A stretch of 64,000 nt of DNA from contig CAZVHA010000005.1 of assembly GCA_964626905.1 (NCBI GenBank), positions 51,345-115,344 of the forward strand, in the 5' to 3' direction. The stretch's first letter is position 1, and each line of letters begins with the position of its first letter. The notes beneath the pieces are model-generated. The model had not been told where the DNA came from, made no database searches, and worked only from the letters and a program-made list of their open reading frames with translations. Shown in pieces: positions 29,972-38,878 of the stretch. A program made the position numbers and the translations under genes. Origin of the DNA: an uncultured bacterium (lineage in GTDB: Bacteria; Chlamydiota; Chlamydiia; Chlamydiales; SM23-39).

Positions 29972-32491
29972 ATGGGCAAAGCCCTAGTTATTGTTGAATC
30001 ACCGGCAAAGATCAAGACGCTGAAAAAATTTTTGGGTCCCAATTTTATTTTTGAGTCATCGATTGGGCACATTCGGGATCTTCCGCAGAAGGAATTTGGG
30101 ATTGATGTCGAGGGTGATTTTGAACCAAAATACGTCACCCTTTCTGATAAGAAAGAGGTGATAAAGAAGCTGCAAGAGGCGGCTAAAAAGGCAGATGTTG
30201 TCTATCTATCTCCCGACCCTGACCGCGAAGGGGAGGCAATCGCGTGGCATATTGCCTCGATTTTGCCTAAGGGGACAAAAATCAAAAGGAGCGCATTTCA
30301 ATCGATCACGAAGGCGGCAGTGGTTGAGGCGCTCGACAATCCGCGCGATATTGATATGGATCTCGTCAATGCCCAGCAGGCGAGGCGCCTTCTTGACAGA
30401 ATCGTCGGCTACAAAATTTCTCCGATTTTGACCCGCAAAGTGAAGAGGGGGCGCAGTGGAACTTCGGCGGGAAGGGTGCAATCGGTGGCTCTCAAACTCG
30501 TCGTTGACCGAGAAAAAGAGATCGATGCATTTGTCCCGGTGGAATATTGGAATCTTGGAGCCCTTCTTTCTCCAAAGCATGAAAAGGTATTTGCGGCGGC
30601 GCTCCACTCTGTTGGGGGATTAAAAGTTGAAAAAGAAAAGGGGAATAAAGAGTGTTTTCTCATTCCCGACAAAAAAACAGCCGTTGGGATTGTCGACAAG
30701 CTTAAAAAAGCAAAATACACCGTCTCCTCGGTTGAGAAGAAGGAGAAGAAGAGACATCCGGTCCCCCCTTTCATCACCTCCACTTTGCAGCAGGAGGCGA
30801 GTCGCCACTATGGTTTTTCTGTATCGCGCACCATGAGCATTGCGCAGGGTCTTTACGAGGGGATTGATGTGGGCCCAGAGGGGACAGAGGGTCTTATCAC
30901 CTACATGCGTACCGACTCGGTGAACATTGCCCCTGAGGCGATTTCGAATGCGAGGAAGTTTATTTTGGAACAATTTGGGAAAGAATATCTCCCCGATCAA
31001 CCCAAAATTTACGCCTCGAAAAAGACAGCCCAAGAGGCACACGAGGGGATTCGCCCTACCAATTTGCATAAAAGTCCGGAGAAGATCCGTTCCTATTTGA
31101 GTCAAGATGAGTATAAGCTCTATTTGCTCATTTGGCGCAGATTTATCGCCTCGCAGATGAATCCGGCCATTTACGACACTGTATCGGCCGATATTGCGAC
31201 AGATCAAGAGATGGTTTTGCGCGCGAGTGGCTCTGTGATCAAGTTCAACGGCTATTTAGCTGCATATGAGGAGAAAAGGGACAGAGGATCTGCCGAAGAG
31301 GAGGATGAGAGCGCCAAAATTTTGCCACCGCTTGAGCCCGATATGCGGCTCGATCTTCACGAAGTGACTTCGACGCAGTCGTTTACGAAACCGCCACCCC
31401 GCTTTACAGAGGCCTCTTTAGTCAAGGAGCTGGAGCGTTTGGGGATTGGGCGTCCATCGACCTATGCTGCGATCATGAATAAGATTCAAAGCAGGGACTA
31501 CACGACTAAGGAAAATCACGCTCTTAAACCGACAGAGCTTGGCAAGGTGATCTGTGCGATGTTGGAGGAGAGTTTTCCGCCGATCATGGACGTGACGTTT
31601 ACAGCCCAGCTGGAGAACCAACTTGAAGAGGTTGCGGAGCACAACAAGAATTGGAAGGAGCTTTTGCGGGCGTTTTGGAAAGATTTTATCCCTCTTGTAG
31701 AAAAGGCGGAAAAAGAGGCGGTTGTACCCAAACTCGAGACTGATATCAACTGCCCAAAATGTAGTTCAAAGCTGCAGAAAATTTGGTCGCGCAACAAATA
31801 TTTCTATGGGTGCTCTCGCTATCCTGACTGCGATTTCACGGCGCCTTTGGAGGCGTTAAAGTTTGACAAGAGCAATTACGACCCCGATTTCAATTGGGAT
31901 CAGCCGTGTCCTCATTGCGGTTCACCTATGACAGTGCGCCACGGAAAATATGGGGCCTTTTTAGGCTGTTCCAAATATCCGGAGTGCAAAGGAATCGTGA
32001 ATATTCCGAAGAAAGGAGAAACGACTTATCGCCCTGAAGATCTCCCGGCGTGTCCTGCCATTGGGTGCGATGGGAGGATGACGGCTCGCAAGTCCCGTTT
32101 TGGGAAAACCTTTTTCTCCTGCTCTAATTTTCCCGACTGCGATGTGATTGTCTCAGAGGTGGGTCAATTGGAGACCAAATACGATGCAAGCCATCCTAAA
32201 ACCGCATATGTGAAAAAGGGCAAGTATGCGAAAAAAGGGAGCAAGAAAAGGAAGATAACTCAGCCGGCCTATAAGACATCAGCTGATCTTGCCAAAATTG
32301 TGGGGGCAAAAGAGGTTAGCCGCCCCGAGGCGACGAAAAAGATTTGGGAGTACATCAAGGCGCACAAGCTGCAAGATCCGATCAACAAAAGAAAAATCAT
32401 CCCCGATGAACTCCTTTCAAAAATCATAGGAAAAGAGCCGATCGATATGATGAAACTCTCCTCATTCTTGTCAAAACATTTGAAAAAATGA
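29972..32491 (+). CDS. topA: DNA topoisomerase I with a C-terminal SWIB/MDM2 domain
   Basis: 839 aa. TOPRIM start (LVIVESPAKIKTL, DPDREGEAIAWH), catalytic region (TYMRTDS), and four Cys-type zinc ribbons. A C-terminal SWIB-like segment follows (LAKIVGAKEVSRPEATKKIWEYIKAHKLQDPINKRKI). Confidence 0.95.
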   Translation: MGKALVIVESPAKIKTLKKFLGPNFIFESSIGHIRDLPQKEFGIDVEGDFEPKYVTLSDKKEVIKKLQEAAKKADVVYLSPDPDREGEAIAWHIASILPKGTKIKRSAFQSITKAAVVEALDNPRDIDMDLVNAQQARRLLDRIVGYKISPILTRKVKRGRSGTSAGRVQSVALKLVVDREKEIDAFVPVEYWNLGALLSPKHEKVFAAALHSVGGLKVEKEKGNKECFLIPDKKTAVGIVDKLKKAKYTVSSVEKKEKKRHPVPPFITSTLQQEASRHYGFSVSRTMSIAQGLYEGIDVGPEGTEGLITYMRTDSVNIAPEAISNARKFILEQFGKEYLPDQPKIYASKKTAQEAHEGIRPTNLHKSPEKIRSYLSQDEYKLYLLIWRRFIASQMNPAIYDTVSADIATDQEMVLRASGSVIKFNGYLAAYEEKRDRGSAEEEDESAKILPPLEPDMRLDLHEVTSTQSFTKPPPRFTEASLVKELERLGIGRPSTYAAIMNKIQSRDYTTKENHALKPTELGKVICAMLEESFPPIMDVTFTAQLENQLEEVAEHNKNWKELLRAFWKDFIPLVEKAEKEAVVPKLETDINCPKCSSKLQKIWSRNKYFYGCSRYPDCDFTAPLEALKFDKSNYDPDFNWDQPCPHCGSPMTVRHGKYGAFLGCSKYPECKGIVNIPKKGETTYRPEDLPACPAIGCDGRMTARKSRFGKTFFSCSNFPDCDVIVSEVGQLETKYDASHPKTAYVKKGKYAKKGSKKRKITQPAYKTSADLAKIVGAKEVSRPEATKKIWEYIKAHKLQDPINKRKIIPDELLSKIIGKEPIDMMKLSSFLSKHLKK

Positions 32492-33693
32492 CGCTTCGAT
32501 TCAATTTGAAGTGGGTGTTGACGCTCCTTTTTATTGCGCTTGGTCCTTTGGGCAATCTGTTGACTCCCAACTTTCTGCCGAGTGCTTTTCGGGCGTATTA
32601 CTTTATCCTTCCCCTATTTCCTCTCTTTTTTTTACCCGGGAAGGGCAAAGAGGTGAAAATTGGGATTCTTTTTCTCCCGTTTTTGATCTATTGTGCTGTG
32701 TCTGCTCTGATTGTAGAAACTTTCGAGATCTCCAATGAGCCATTTGCCTTTTTTCGCTTCCTCCTTTTTGCGAGCCAATTTTTTTTCATTTTAGGGGCTG
32801 TCTCGAATTTAAAGAGTGAAGAGCAGATGAAAACGATCCTAAAAACCTATTTGCGTTTTTATTTTTTCTCCCTTGGGATCGGCTATATTTTCTTTTTGGG
32901 TTACTATTTACATGCGATTCCCCTTTCGGTGATCGAACGTTTTTCTGTACTTACGCAATTCAGTTTTAACTTGCTCCGTTTTTCACCTGGATCGTATCCG
33001 AACGAGTATGGGATCGTATCGAGTTTTGTCCTCTCGGTCCTGGGGCTCATTTTTTTGGAGAAGAGAAAAGGGGAATTTGGATTTTCAACTCTCTCTTTGT
33101 TTTTTTTATTCTTTGCCACTTTTTTGGCGCTGATTTTAACGACGACGAGAGCTGCCTATCTCTCTCTTTTTATCAGCGCAATTTACGCCTTATGGCAATC
33201 GAATCGACGGTTCAAAGGGATTGCCCTTGTTTTATCTCCCATTTTTGCCCTTTTTTTCCTCCTCTCTTTTTTCAAAATTGACATGTTGAAATTTCTATTG
33301 GCGGGCTTTAGTCAAAGCCTTTATGAGGGATCCCTTGGAAGCAGAACCGAAATTTGGGTTGAGAGTGCAGAAAAAGCGCTCGAAAATTCGTTATGGGGAG
33401 CAGGCTTTGCGTCGCTGACCAATATTCACAATGTCTATTTGCAAACTGTCTTTGAACTTGGGGTTGTTGGCATTTTTCTTCTTTTGGGAACTTTATTTTT
33501 TTTGGTTATAGAAACCCACTCTCGCTATACCGGGGCGACCTTTTTTTTTAAAATACGCGTAGTGGGGCTGATCCATATCTTGTCATTTGCGATGAGCAAT
33601 CACAACCTCAATCACCATCTCACCTGGTTTGTTTGTTTTCTTTGCCTTGCGATTCCAAAAGTTTCTCGTTCGAGTAGTGAGATTACACATTGA
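32488..33693 (+). CDS. O-antigen ligase-like (Wzy_C domain) polytopic membrane protein
   Basis: 401 aa. LILTTTRAAYLSLFISAIY and GSRTEIW...WGAGFAS...HNVYLQTVFELGVVG blocks are typical of the WaaL/Wzy_C family. The ATG overlaps the topA TGA (ATGA). Confidence 0.75.
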   Translation: MTLRFNLKWVLTLLFIALGPLGNLLTPNFLPSAFRAYYFILPLFPLFFLPGKGKEVKIGILFLPFLIYCAVSALIVETFEISNEPFAFFRFLLFASQFFFILGAVSNLKSEEQMKTILKTYLRFYFFSLGIGYIFFLGYYLHAIPLSVIERFSVLTQFSFNLLRFSPGSYPNEYGIVSSFVLSVLGLIFLEKRKGEFGFSTLSLFFLFFATFLALILTTTRAAYLSLFISAIYALWQSNRRFKGIALVLSPIFALFFLLSFFKIDMLKFLLAGFSQSLYEGSLGSRTEIWVESAEKALENSLWGAGFASLTNIHNVYLQTVFELGVVGIFLLLGTLFFLVIETHSRYTGATFFFKIRVVGLIHILSFAMSNHNLNHHLTWFVCFLCLAIPKVSRSSSEITH

Positions 33694-33810
33694 ACCAAAA
33701 AGTGTTGCTTCCCCGATTTATCAACAATTGGTTATACTCTCGACTTTGCAACTTTTTAGGAGCCTTAGATTTTCTGCGGGACATCGACAGGCCTCAAATT
33801 AAGGAAACCG

Positions 33811-34896
33811 ATGAAATTAACAGTTATATTCTTGTTGTCTCTTTCGTTATTTTGTTTTGCAGACACCGATGTAGAAGATAAATTGAGGGCCTGTTTTTTT
33901 AGTCCGGAAATTACAACATTGGATATTGCCGACTGGAATCAGCCAACTGTGGATGATTTATGGAAATTGCAAAATTTCATGAAAGAAAGACATATTCAAA
34001 ACATTAAACGTCATTCAGAAGATCCCACTTTTCAAGCACCATTTCCCAGCGATTATTTGAACAAAGAATTCTTTGGGTGGATTCTATATCGAAGTGGGAG
34101 GATTTCTTTTATCAAAGATGAGACAGTAACCCCAGTCAGACAAATTGTTTATTTCAATAATGATCCAAATAAAAAGGACAAATGTGTCATTTGCTATGCG
34201 GGGCATCAATCAAAGTGGAATGAGAGAGATTACATTCGCGGTATCCATTTGATGATTAAAGCATTAGAACAGACACATTTTGATGGCCACTTTATCTATT
34301 ACATAGGTGGATGGCCTAGCCTTAAGAAGGGTAGGCTGAAATACATTGACGTTCCTTTTGCCTTTAAACCATTTCTTTTCGAGGAAGCTAGGGATTTAGG
34401 TTATAGAAGGGTATTATGGCTGGATGCCTGTTGTTTACCGGTCAAAAGCTTAAAGCCCATATTCAAGCATATGCGAAAAAAGGGGCTCTGTTTTTATAGT
34501 TATGGTTCTTTGCAACAGTGGAGAGAATTTGATTTAGGATATGCCTACATGATGCCTTTCTTGAATCTTTCCAATGAGGGGCGCTACGAGCAAATTTCCT
34601 CGCAAGTCATTGGTTTAGATCTGTCTAATCCGAAGGCGCTTTGCCTTTTGAATGAATGGATCAAAGCCGCAGAAAGAAGAATCCCGTTCTTGCAAAGCGA
34701 TGAGCCTCCTTTTATGTATTTAATAAATCATCTGCAACTTCAAGACTGCCGCATGCCCAATTTCTATTACATAGAAACCCCCTGCAATACGGGAGATTTC
34801 AACTATAGACGAGCAAATAAAAATGCAATTATTTACCATCAATATGATTTTATCAATCCTCAATATCGAGTTCCAAAAAATCTTTTTAGCAATTAG
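33811..34896 (+). CDS. Hypothetical secreted protein, 361 aa
   Basis: Signal peptide MKLTVIFLLSLSLFCFA. No secure domain assignment. AT-richer than the core genes by eye. Confidence 0.55.
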   Translation: MKLTVIFLLSLSLFCFADTDVEDKLRACFFSPEITTLDIADWNQPTVDDLWKLQNFMKERHIQNIKRHSEDPTFQAPFPSDYLNKEFFGWILYRSGRISFIKDETVTPVRQIVYFNNDPNKKDKCVICYAGHQSKWNERDYIRGIHLMIKALEQTHFDGHFIYYIGGWPSLKKGRLKYIDVPFAFKPFLFEEARDLGYRRVLWLDACCLPVKSLKPIFKHMRKKGLCFYSYGSLQQWREFDLGYAYMMPFLNLSNEGRYEQISSQVIGLDLSNPKALCLLNEWIKAAERRIPFLQSDEPPFMYLINHLQLQDCRMPNFYYIETPCNTGDFNYRRANKNAIIYHQYDFINPQYRVPKNLFSN

Positions 34897-35879
34897 CGCA
34901 TTTGTTTTCTTAACTTTTCGAGCTGCTGATCATAAATTTTTTTGAATTCCTCTGAAATTTCAGCGATACGTGAATCGTCAACGGGTACAGACCTCTCCTT
35001 AAACAGAGTCACGAGAGTAGAACGCATAACATTACCTAAGCCATTTGCCCCAATTGCCCTTAGACAAGTCTCTAAAAATAGCATTTGAACCTTATAACCT
35101 TCTTGGTAGGATTGTCTCTTCTCACAGGCTTCTATAGATTCCCCTAATTCCACAATCTCTTTTAGAACATCTTTCCCTGCTAACTTCTGGAATTCGTTTT
35201 GAGTGCACTGATCTACGAGTTGGAACTGATAGGGATCCCCTCCTCTCAGTTCCGGAATTTCCTCTAGCCTTGAGGCCACTAATCCACCAAGCATTCCTGA
35301 AAACCCCCAAATCAATTCTTTTTGCTTCTCTGTTAAGGGAGCGTTTTCATTTCTTTTCTCTTCTGTCGCCTCCCTCTTCAAGGGGCCCTCTTTCAAAGTA
35401 AGCTTTGCTGTCAAATCATTCTCTTCAGAGTTGACAGTCAGACAATAGCTTTGCCCCTCTTCAAGAGTCTCAGGAAACTCGATCTCCATTTCTAAATCAT
35501 ATCTTTCAAAAAAGATTTGATGGATCACCTTCCCATTCGCATCCAAGGTTGCAGGCCCTTTTTTAGAACTTTGTTCAACTATGCCTGCTTTAAGGGTCAA
35601 GTTTTTGATCTGCTCGATCGTAAGCTGTAGTGCCTCTGAGCTACGCTCCTTATTCAAAAGAGGATGCACCGGATGTATGGATCGAAGTGTGAAAGGCAAA
35701 AACTGTTTTTGATGGGACGACCCCTTTTCGGGTATGCTTACAGATACCTGATCTTTTGTATTTTTGAAAATGAGATCTACTACTCCAACATCCCTTTGCA
35801 TATTATGAGAAGAGCAAGGCCCCTCCCATTTGAAAAAAAGAACAATTGGAGAAGAAGTCGGTACTAACTGCGATGCCAT
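34893..35879 (-). CDS. Hypothetical protein, 328 aa
   Basis: Long ATG-initiated ORF with no competing frame. No signal peptide and no recognised motif. Confidence 0.5.
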   Translation of the reverse strand: MASQLVPTSSPIVLFFKWEGPCSSHNMQRDVGVVDLIFKNTKDQVSVSIPEKGSSHQKQFLPFTLRSIHPVHPLLNKERSSEALQLTIEQIKNLTLKAGIVEQSSKKGPATLDANGKVIHQIFFERYDLEMEIEFPETLEEGQSYCLTVNSEENDLTAKLTLKEGPLKREATEEKRNENAPLTEKQKELIWGFSGMLGGLVASRLEEIPELRGGDPYQFQLVDQCTQNEFQKLAGKDVLKEIVELGESIEACEKRQSYQEGYKVQMLFLETCLRAIGANGLGNVMRSTLVTLFKERSVPVDDSRIAEISEEFKKIYDQQLEKLRKQMR

Positions 35880-36060
35880 ATAAAACGCTCCTTTTTAATC
35901 CAATGCATTGCCAATGTAGGCTGTAAAAGTGAAAGGAAAGACTATGCTATGCAAAGATAAATATTTTGTAAATATCAATCTTGACAGAGAGTTTAGAGCC
36001 CCTCCTTCGGACAGATATCCTACAGAGGGGGAGTGACATTTTGAACGGGAGCAGTATAAG

Positions 36061-37242
36061 TTATTCGAAAGTATTCAAAGGTGGTACGTTTGGATCCGAT
36101 GTATCGTTTTTCCTTTCTTCCATCACAACACCATTTTGCTCTTGCCGAGGAAAATCTTCGATCCTTGGATACATAGGCATCAGGAGACGAATGTACTTTT
36201 CATATAATGCGACAATTTTGTCCACTTTCTGCTGATAATGAGCAATGAGGCCCTTTGCCCCTTCTCTACTAGACGACATCTCCATTAATTCAGAATGAAG
36301 TTGTTCTGGGTGATCTAAATTTGAAGGATCTGAACACTCGATGATATAATTCTTTGCGTTTGCTTCAGCTACAGATTCAAGTTTTTTTATTTCAAATTCT
36401 CTGGCAAAAAGATATATGTGATACGCCTCTTCATCATCTTGGAATTCAATTTTTGAAGAATAAAAAGCCCTCATAACTTTTTCGACAATCGTTTCTGGAA
36501 TATTTAAATGCAGTTTTGGGATCAAATTCTCATTTTCTTGATTGGCATCTGGGAAATCGGGGTTTTGTGCTTCAACTAGTGATCCGAGCAATTTGGGAGC
36601 AATCTGTTCGAGTATGCATTTGTCAACAAGATCTCCTTGCTGAGCTCTAGCAACGTTATCTCCTTGCTCCATTCCTTCTCGTATTTCAACTTGCTGCCCG
36701 AATACTTCGACCAACCGGCGCTGATATTCCCCTCTTGACGGTTTGAGCGATGATGCATCTATGGGATCAAGCTTCGGGGGTTCTTTTTGCTGGCGCTCTA
36801 ACAGTGCTTGATATTCTTCACAAGAAGCTTTATGTGCTAATTGATATGCGTCATAAATACCAGCATAATCTCCTGTCATACTAGATATCATTTCAAGATA
36901 AACTGTTTTTGCTTTCATTTGGGACAACAAAACATCGCCCCTCGTTCGGTTCAAATCATTATATTCTTCTTTAAAGTTATAGCTGATGGTTTTACATATG
37001 AAAAAAACCTTGTTTTCGAGCGCCCCAGAAGAATCTTTTGGCCCATTACTTCCTTTAAAATAAAGATCTAGATTGACTGTAAACTCAATGTAATTTTCTC
37101 GATCGGATGGTCGCCATGAGTATACACGTTGATTACTTTCGCCGGGCCTTTGATAGTCAGATTGGGTCCCAGAAGAAAACTGGCAATATGGGATATTGAG
37201 TTTAATAATCCCGAATTTTGACGGATGATAATTTATCGACAT
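36061..37242 (-). CDS. Hypothetical protein with a possible BTB/POZ-like segment
   Basis: The ATG at 37242 (MSINYHPS) has a weak GGTG RBS. The alternative ATG at 37290 has none. Residues encoded by about 36340-36636 (CILEQIAPKLLGSLVE...LHLNIPETIVEKVMRAFYSSKIEFQDDEEAYHIYLFAREFEIKKLESVAEANAKNYI) resemble the BTB fold pattern. Confidence 0.5.
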   Translation of the reverse strand: MSINYHPSKFGIIKLNIPYCQFSSGTQSDYQRPGESNQRVYSWRPSDRENYIEFTVNLDLYFKGSNGPKDSSGALENKVFFICKTISYNFKEEYNDLNRTRGDVLLSQMKAKTVYLEMISSMTGDYAGIYDAYQLAHKASCEEYQALLERQQKEPPKLDPIDASSLKPSRGEYQRRLVEVFGQQVEIREGMEQGDNVARAQQGDLVDKCILEQIAPKLLGSLVEAQNPDFPDANQENENLIPKLHLNIPETIVEKVMRAFYSSKIEFQDDEEAYHIYLFAREFEIKKLESVAEANAKNYIIECSDPSNLDHPEQLHSELMEMSSSREGAKGLIAHYQQKVDKIVALYEKYIRLLMPMYPRIEDFPRQEQNGVVMEERKNDTSDPNVPPLNTFE

Positions 37243-37458
37243 ATTACACCTATTAAAAATTAAAACACAATTATATACAAAATTTAACATTAAGGCAAAC
37301 AGTAATAAATCAAAAACCTATCCGATATCCCTCCTTCACGAGCAGGGCATCAATAGCCGCACGAAGGAAAAACGCAAGTAATTGATAGTTATATATTTAC
37401 ATTCTTTATAACAAAAAAAACAAAAGGGAAGGCTATGCAAAGATCTGCCGCTCGTGAC

Positions 37459-38874
37459 TCAAGAAACTGGGATGAGGTGATCGAGGGCTGAAAGGCGATT
37501 TACCCGAAAGTGCAACATTGGACGCCCCTGGGCAATCAGGGCTGGGGCAAGGGCGATCGTCGCCAACGTTTCTCTTGATTTAGGGGTATTGAGCGGTCTT
37601 GTTTTCGCATAGAGAAGAGCGAGGTTTGCGGCCCCCCGATCCACGCAGCTGCGGCACGAAACATTGCAAGTCGCGGGTGTTTTTTCCCGAATGAACGTTT
37701 CGATGATGCCGACATAGACGAGCTCGATGAAGCGATGTCTTTGCCATTTTTCAAGTGTGGGGGCTGAGGCAAAATAAGTTTGGTGTACCTGTTCGATCAC
37801 ATTCATTGCGATATTTCTTGTATCGCCCCGGTCCCACGCGATTGGAAAGTGAAATGCTTCAAGATCGCTAAACATCCGGTCAATGAACGTCTCTTTAAAT
37901 TGTTCTGCGTCGTTCATGGCGGAAAAAGAGTTTGACTGGTGATAAAAATCACAATCATGCGAGAGTGTGAGTAAATCTAGGACATCTCCCCTTTTTCTCT
38001 CTAAATCTTCGAGGGCTTCAATTCTTTTCTTTTCCGATCCATGACGCATCATGAGATTTACGTAGAAATGTCGTTTTCCGACTCTTTTCGCATGGTCTAA
38101 AAATCCTTCAAATTCTTCGACAATTTTTGCTTTTTCAAGAGATCCAAAAAAGGATCTCTTCTCATCGCGTGTCACTGCCGGGGTACGGATGATTTGCGTG
38201 TTTCCAATCTTGAATAAACGGCTCGGCGTATCGCCTAAATAACGGGGATCATAGGGCCGGTAATCTTGAAACACTTCTCCTTGAAATTGGGATTTGTTTA
38301 CCAGTCTTCCATGTAAGCTTCGAAGAAATTGAGAGTTCACTTTTATCGATAGGTTGCGCCTCTCATTTTCAGTCATATTTCCTTGGATCCATTGGCTCAT
38401 CGCTCCCAGCAAGTTTGGCCCCATATAAATCCAGTTGCAAAACCGTTCGGCAAATTGCGCGCTCTTGGGATCAAGGTCCTTCTTGCGATTCAATAGATCT
38501 CGATGCCGCACTACAACTCCTTTGTGAAAGAGCTCTCGATTGGAAACAGGTTGTAAAATCCACCGAACTAGATCAAGTGAGCCCAATTCTGGATTTTTCC
38601 CCACTTCCGACGAGATGAATCGATGGAGTTTTTCTCGATACCGATCAAAGAGCTGTGTCGAATAAAAATAGGGGAAATCAGCAAGGGGAACTTTTCGAAG
38701 AGAGCGATATGCCCATCTGATTCCGTCCATCATGAACAGGATCGGAGTGATGATCAAAGCAGCTATTGCAGCCGTTGCAATCAAAGAGCGCCGCGCGATT
38801 CCGTGGGATTGTTTCCACGAATTTTCCAAGCGAAGAAAGGTATTTGCCGTAATTGGAAAAGAACAATGGCTCAT
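37459..38874 (-). CDS. Membrane-anchored hypothetical protein with the shared N-terminal module and a Sac-like C-x2-C-V-D-R string
   Basis: The ATG at 38874 lies 4 nt after the upstream stop. The track TTG is at 38895. The N-terminal module is HGIARRSLIATAAIAALIITPILFMMDGIRWAYRS. CRSCVDR is encoded at nt 37636-37656. Confidence 0.55.
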   Translation of the reverse strand: MSHCSFPITANTFLRLENSWKQSHGIARRSLIATAAIAALIITPILFMMDGIRWAYRSLRKVPLADFPYFYSTQLFDRYREKLHRFISSEVGKNPELGSLDLVRWILQPVSNRELFHKGVVVRHRDLLNRKKDLDPKSAQFAERFCNWIYMGPNLLGAMSQWIQGNMTENERRNLSIKVNSQFLRSLHGRLVNKSQFQGEVFQDYRPYDPRYLGDTPSRLFKIGNTQIIRTPAVTRDEKRSFFGSLEKAKIVEEFEGFLDHAKRVGKRHFYVNLMMRHGSEKKRIEALEDLERKRGDVLDLLTLSHDCDFYHQSNSFSAMNDAEQFKETFIDRMFSDLEAFHFPIAWDRGDTRNIAMNVIEQVHQTYFASAPTLEKWQRHRFIELVYVGIIETFIREKTPATCNVSCRSCVDRGAANLALLYAKTRPLNTPKSRETLATIALAPALIAQGRPMLHFRVNRLSALDHLIPVS

Positions 38875-38878
38875 AATA

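Noticed and set aside
33811-34896. Glycosyltransferase call for the secreted 361-aa protein (based on VLWLDACCLP)
   Set aside because: The string has only one Asp (D-A-C), so it is not a DxD motif. There are no other GT-A landmarks.
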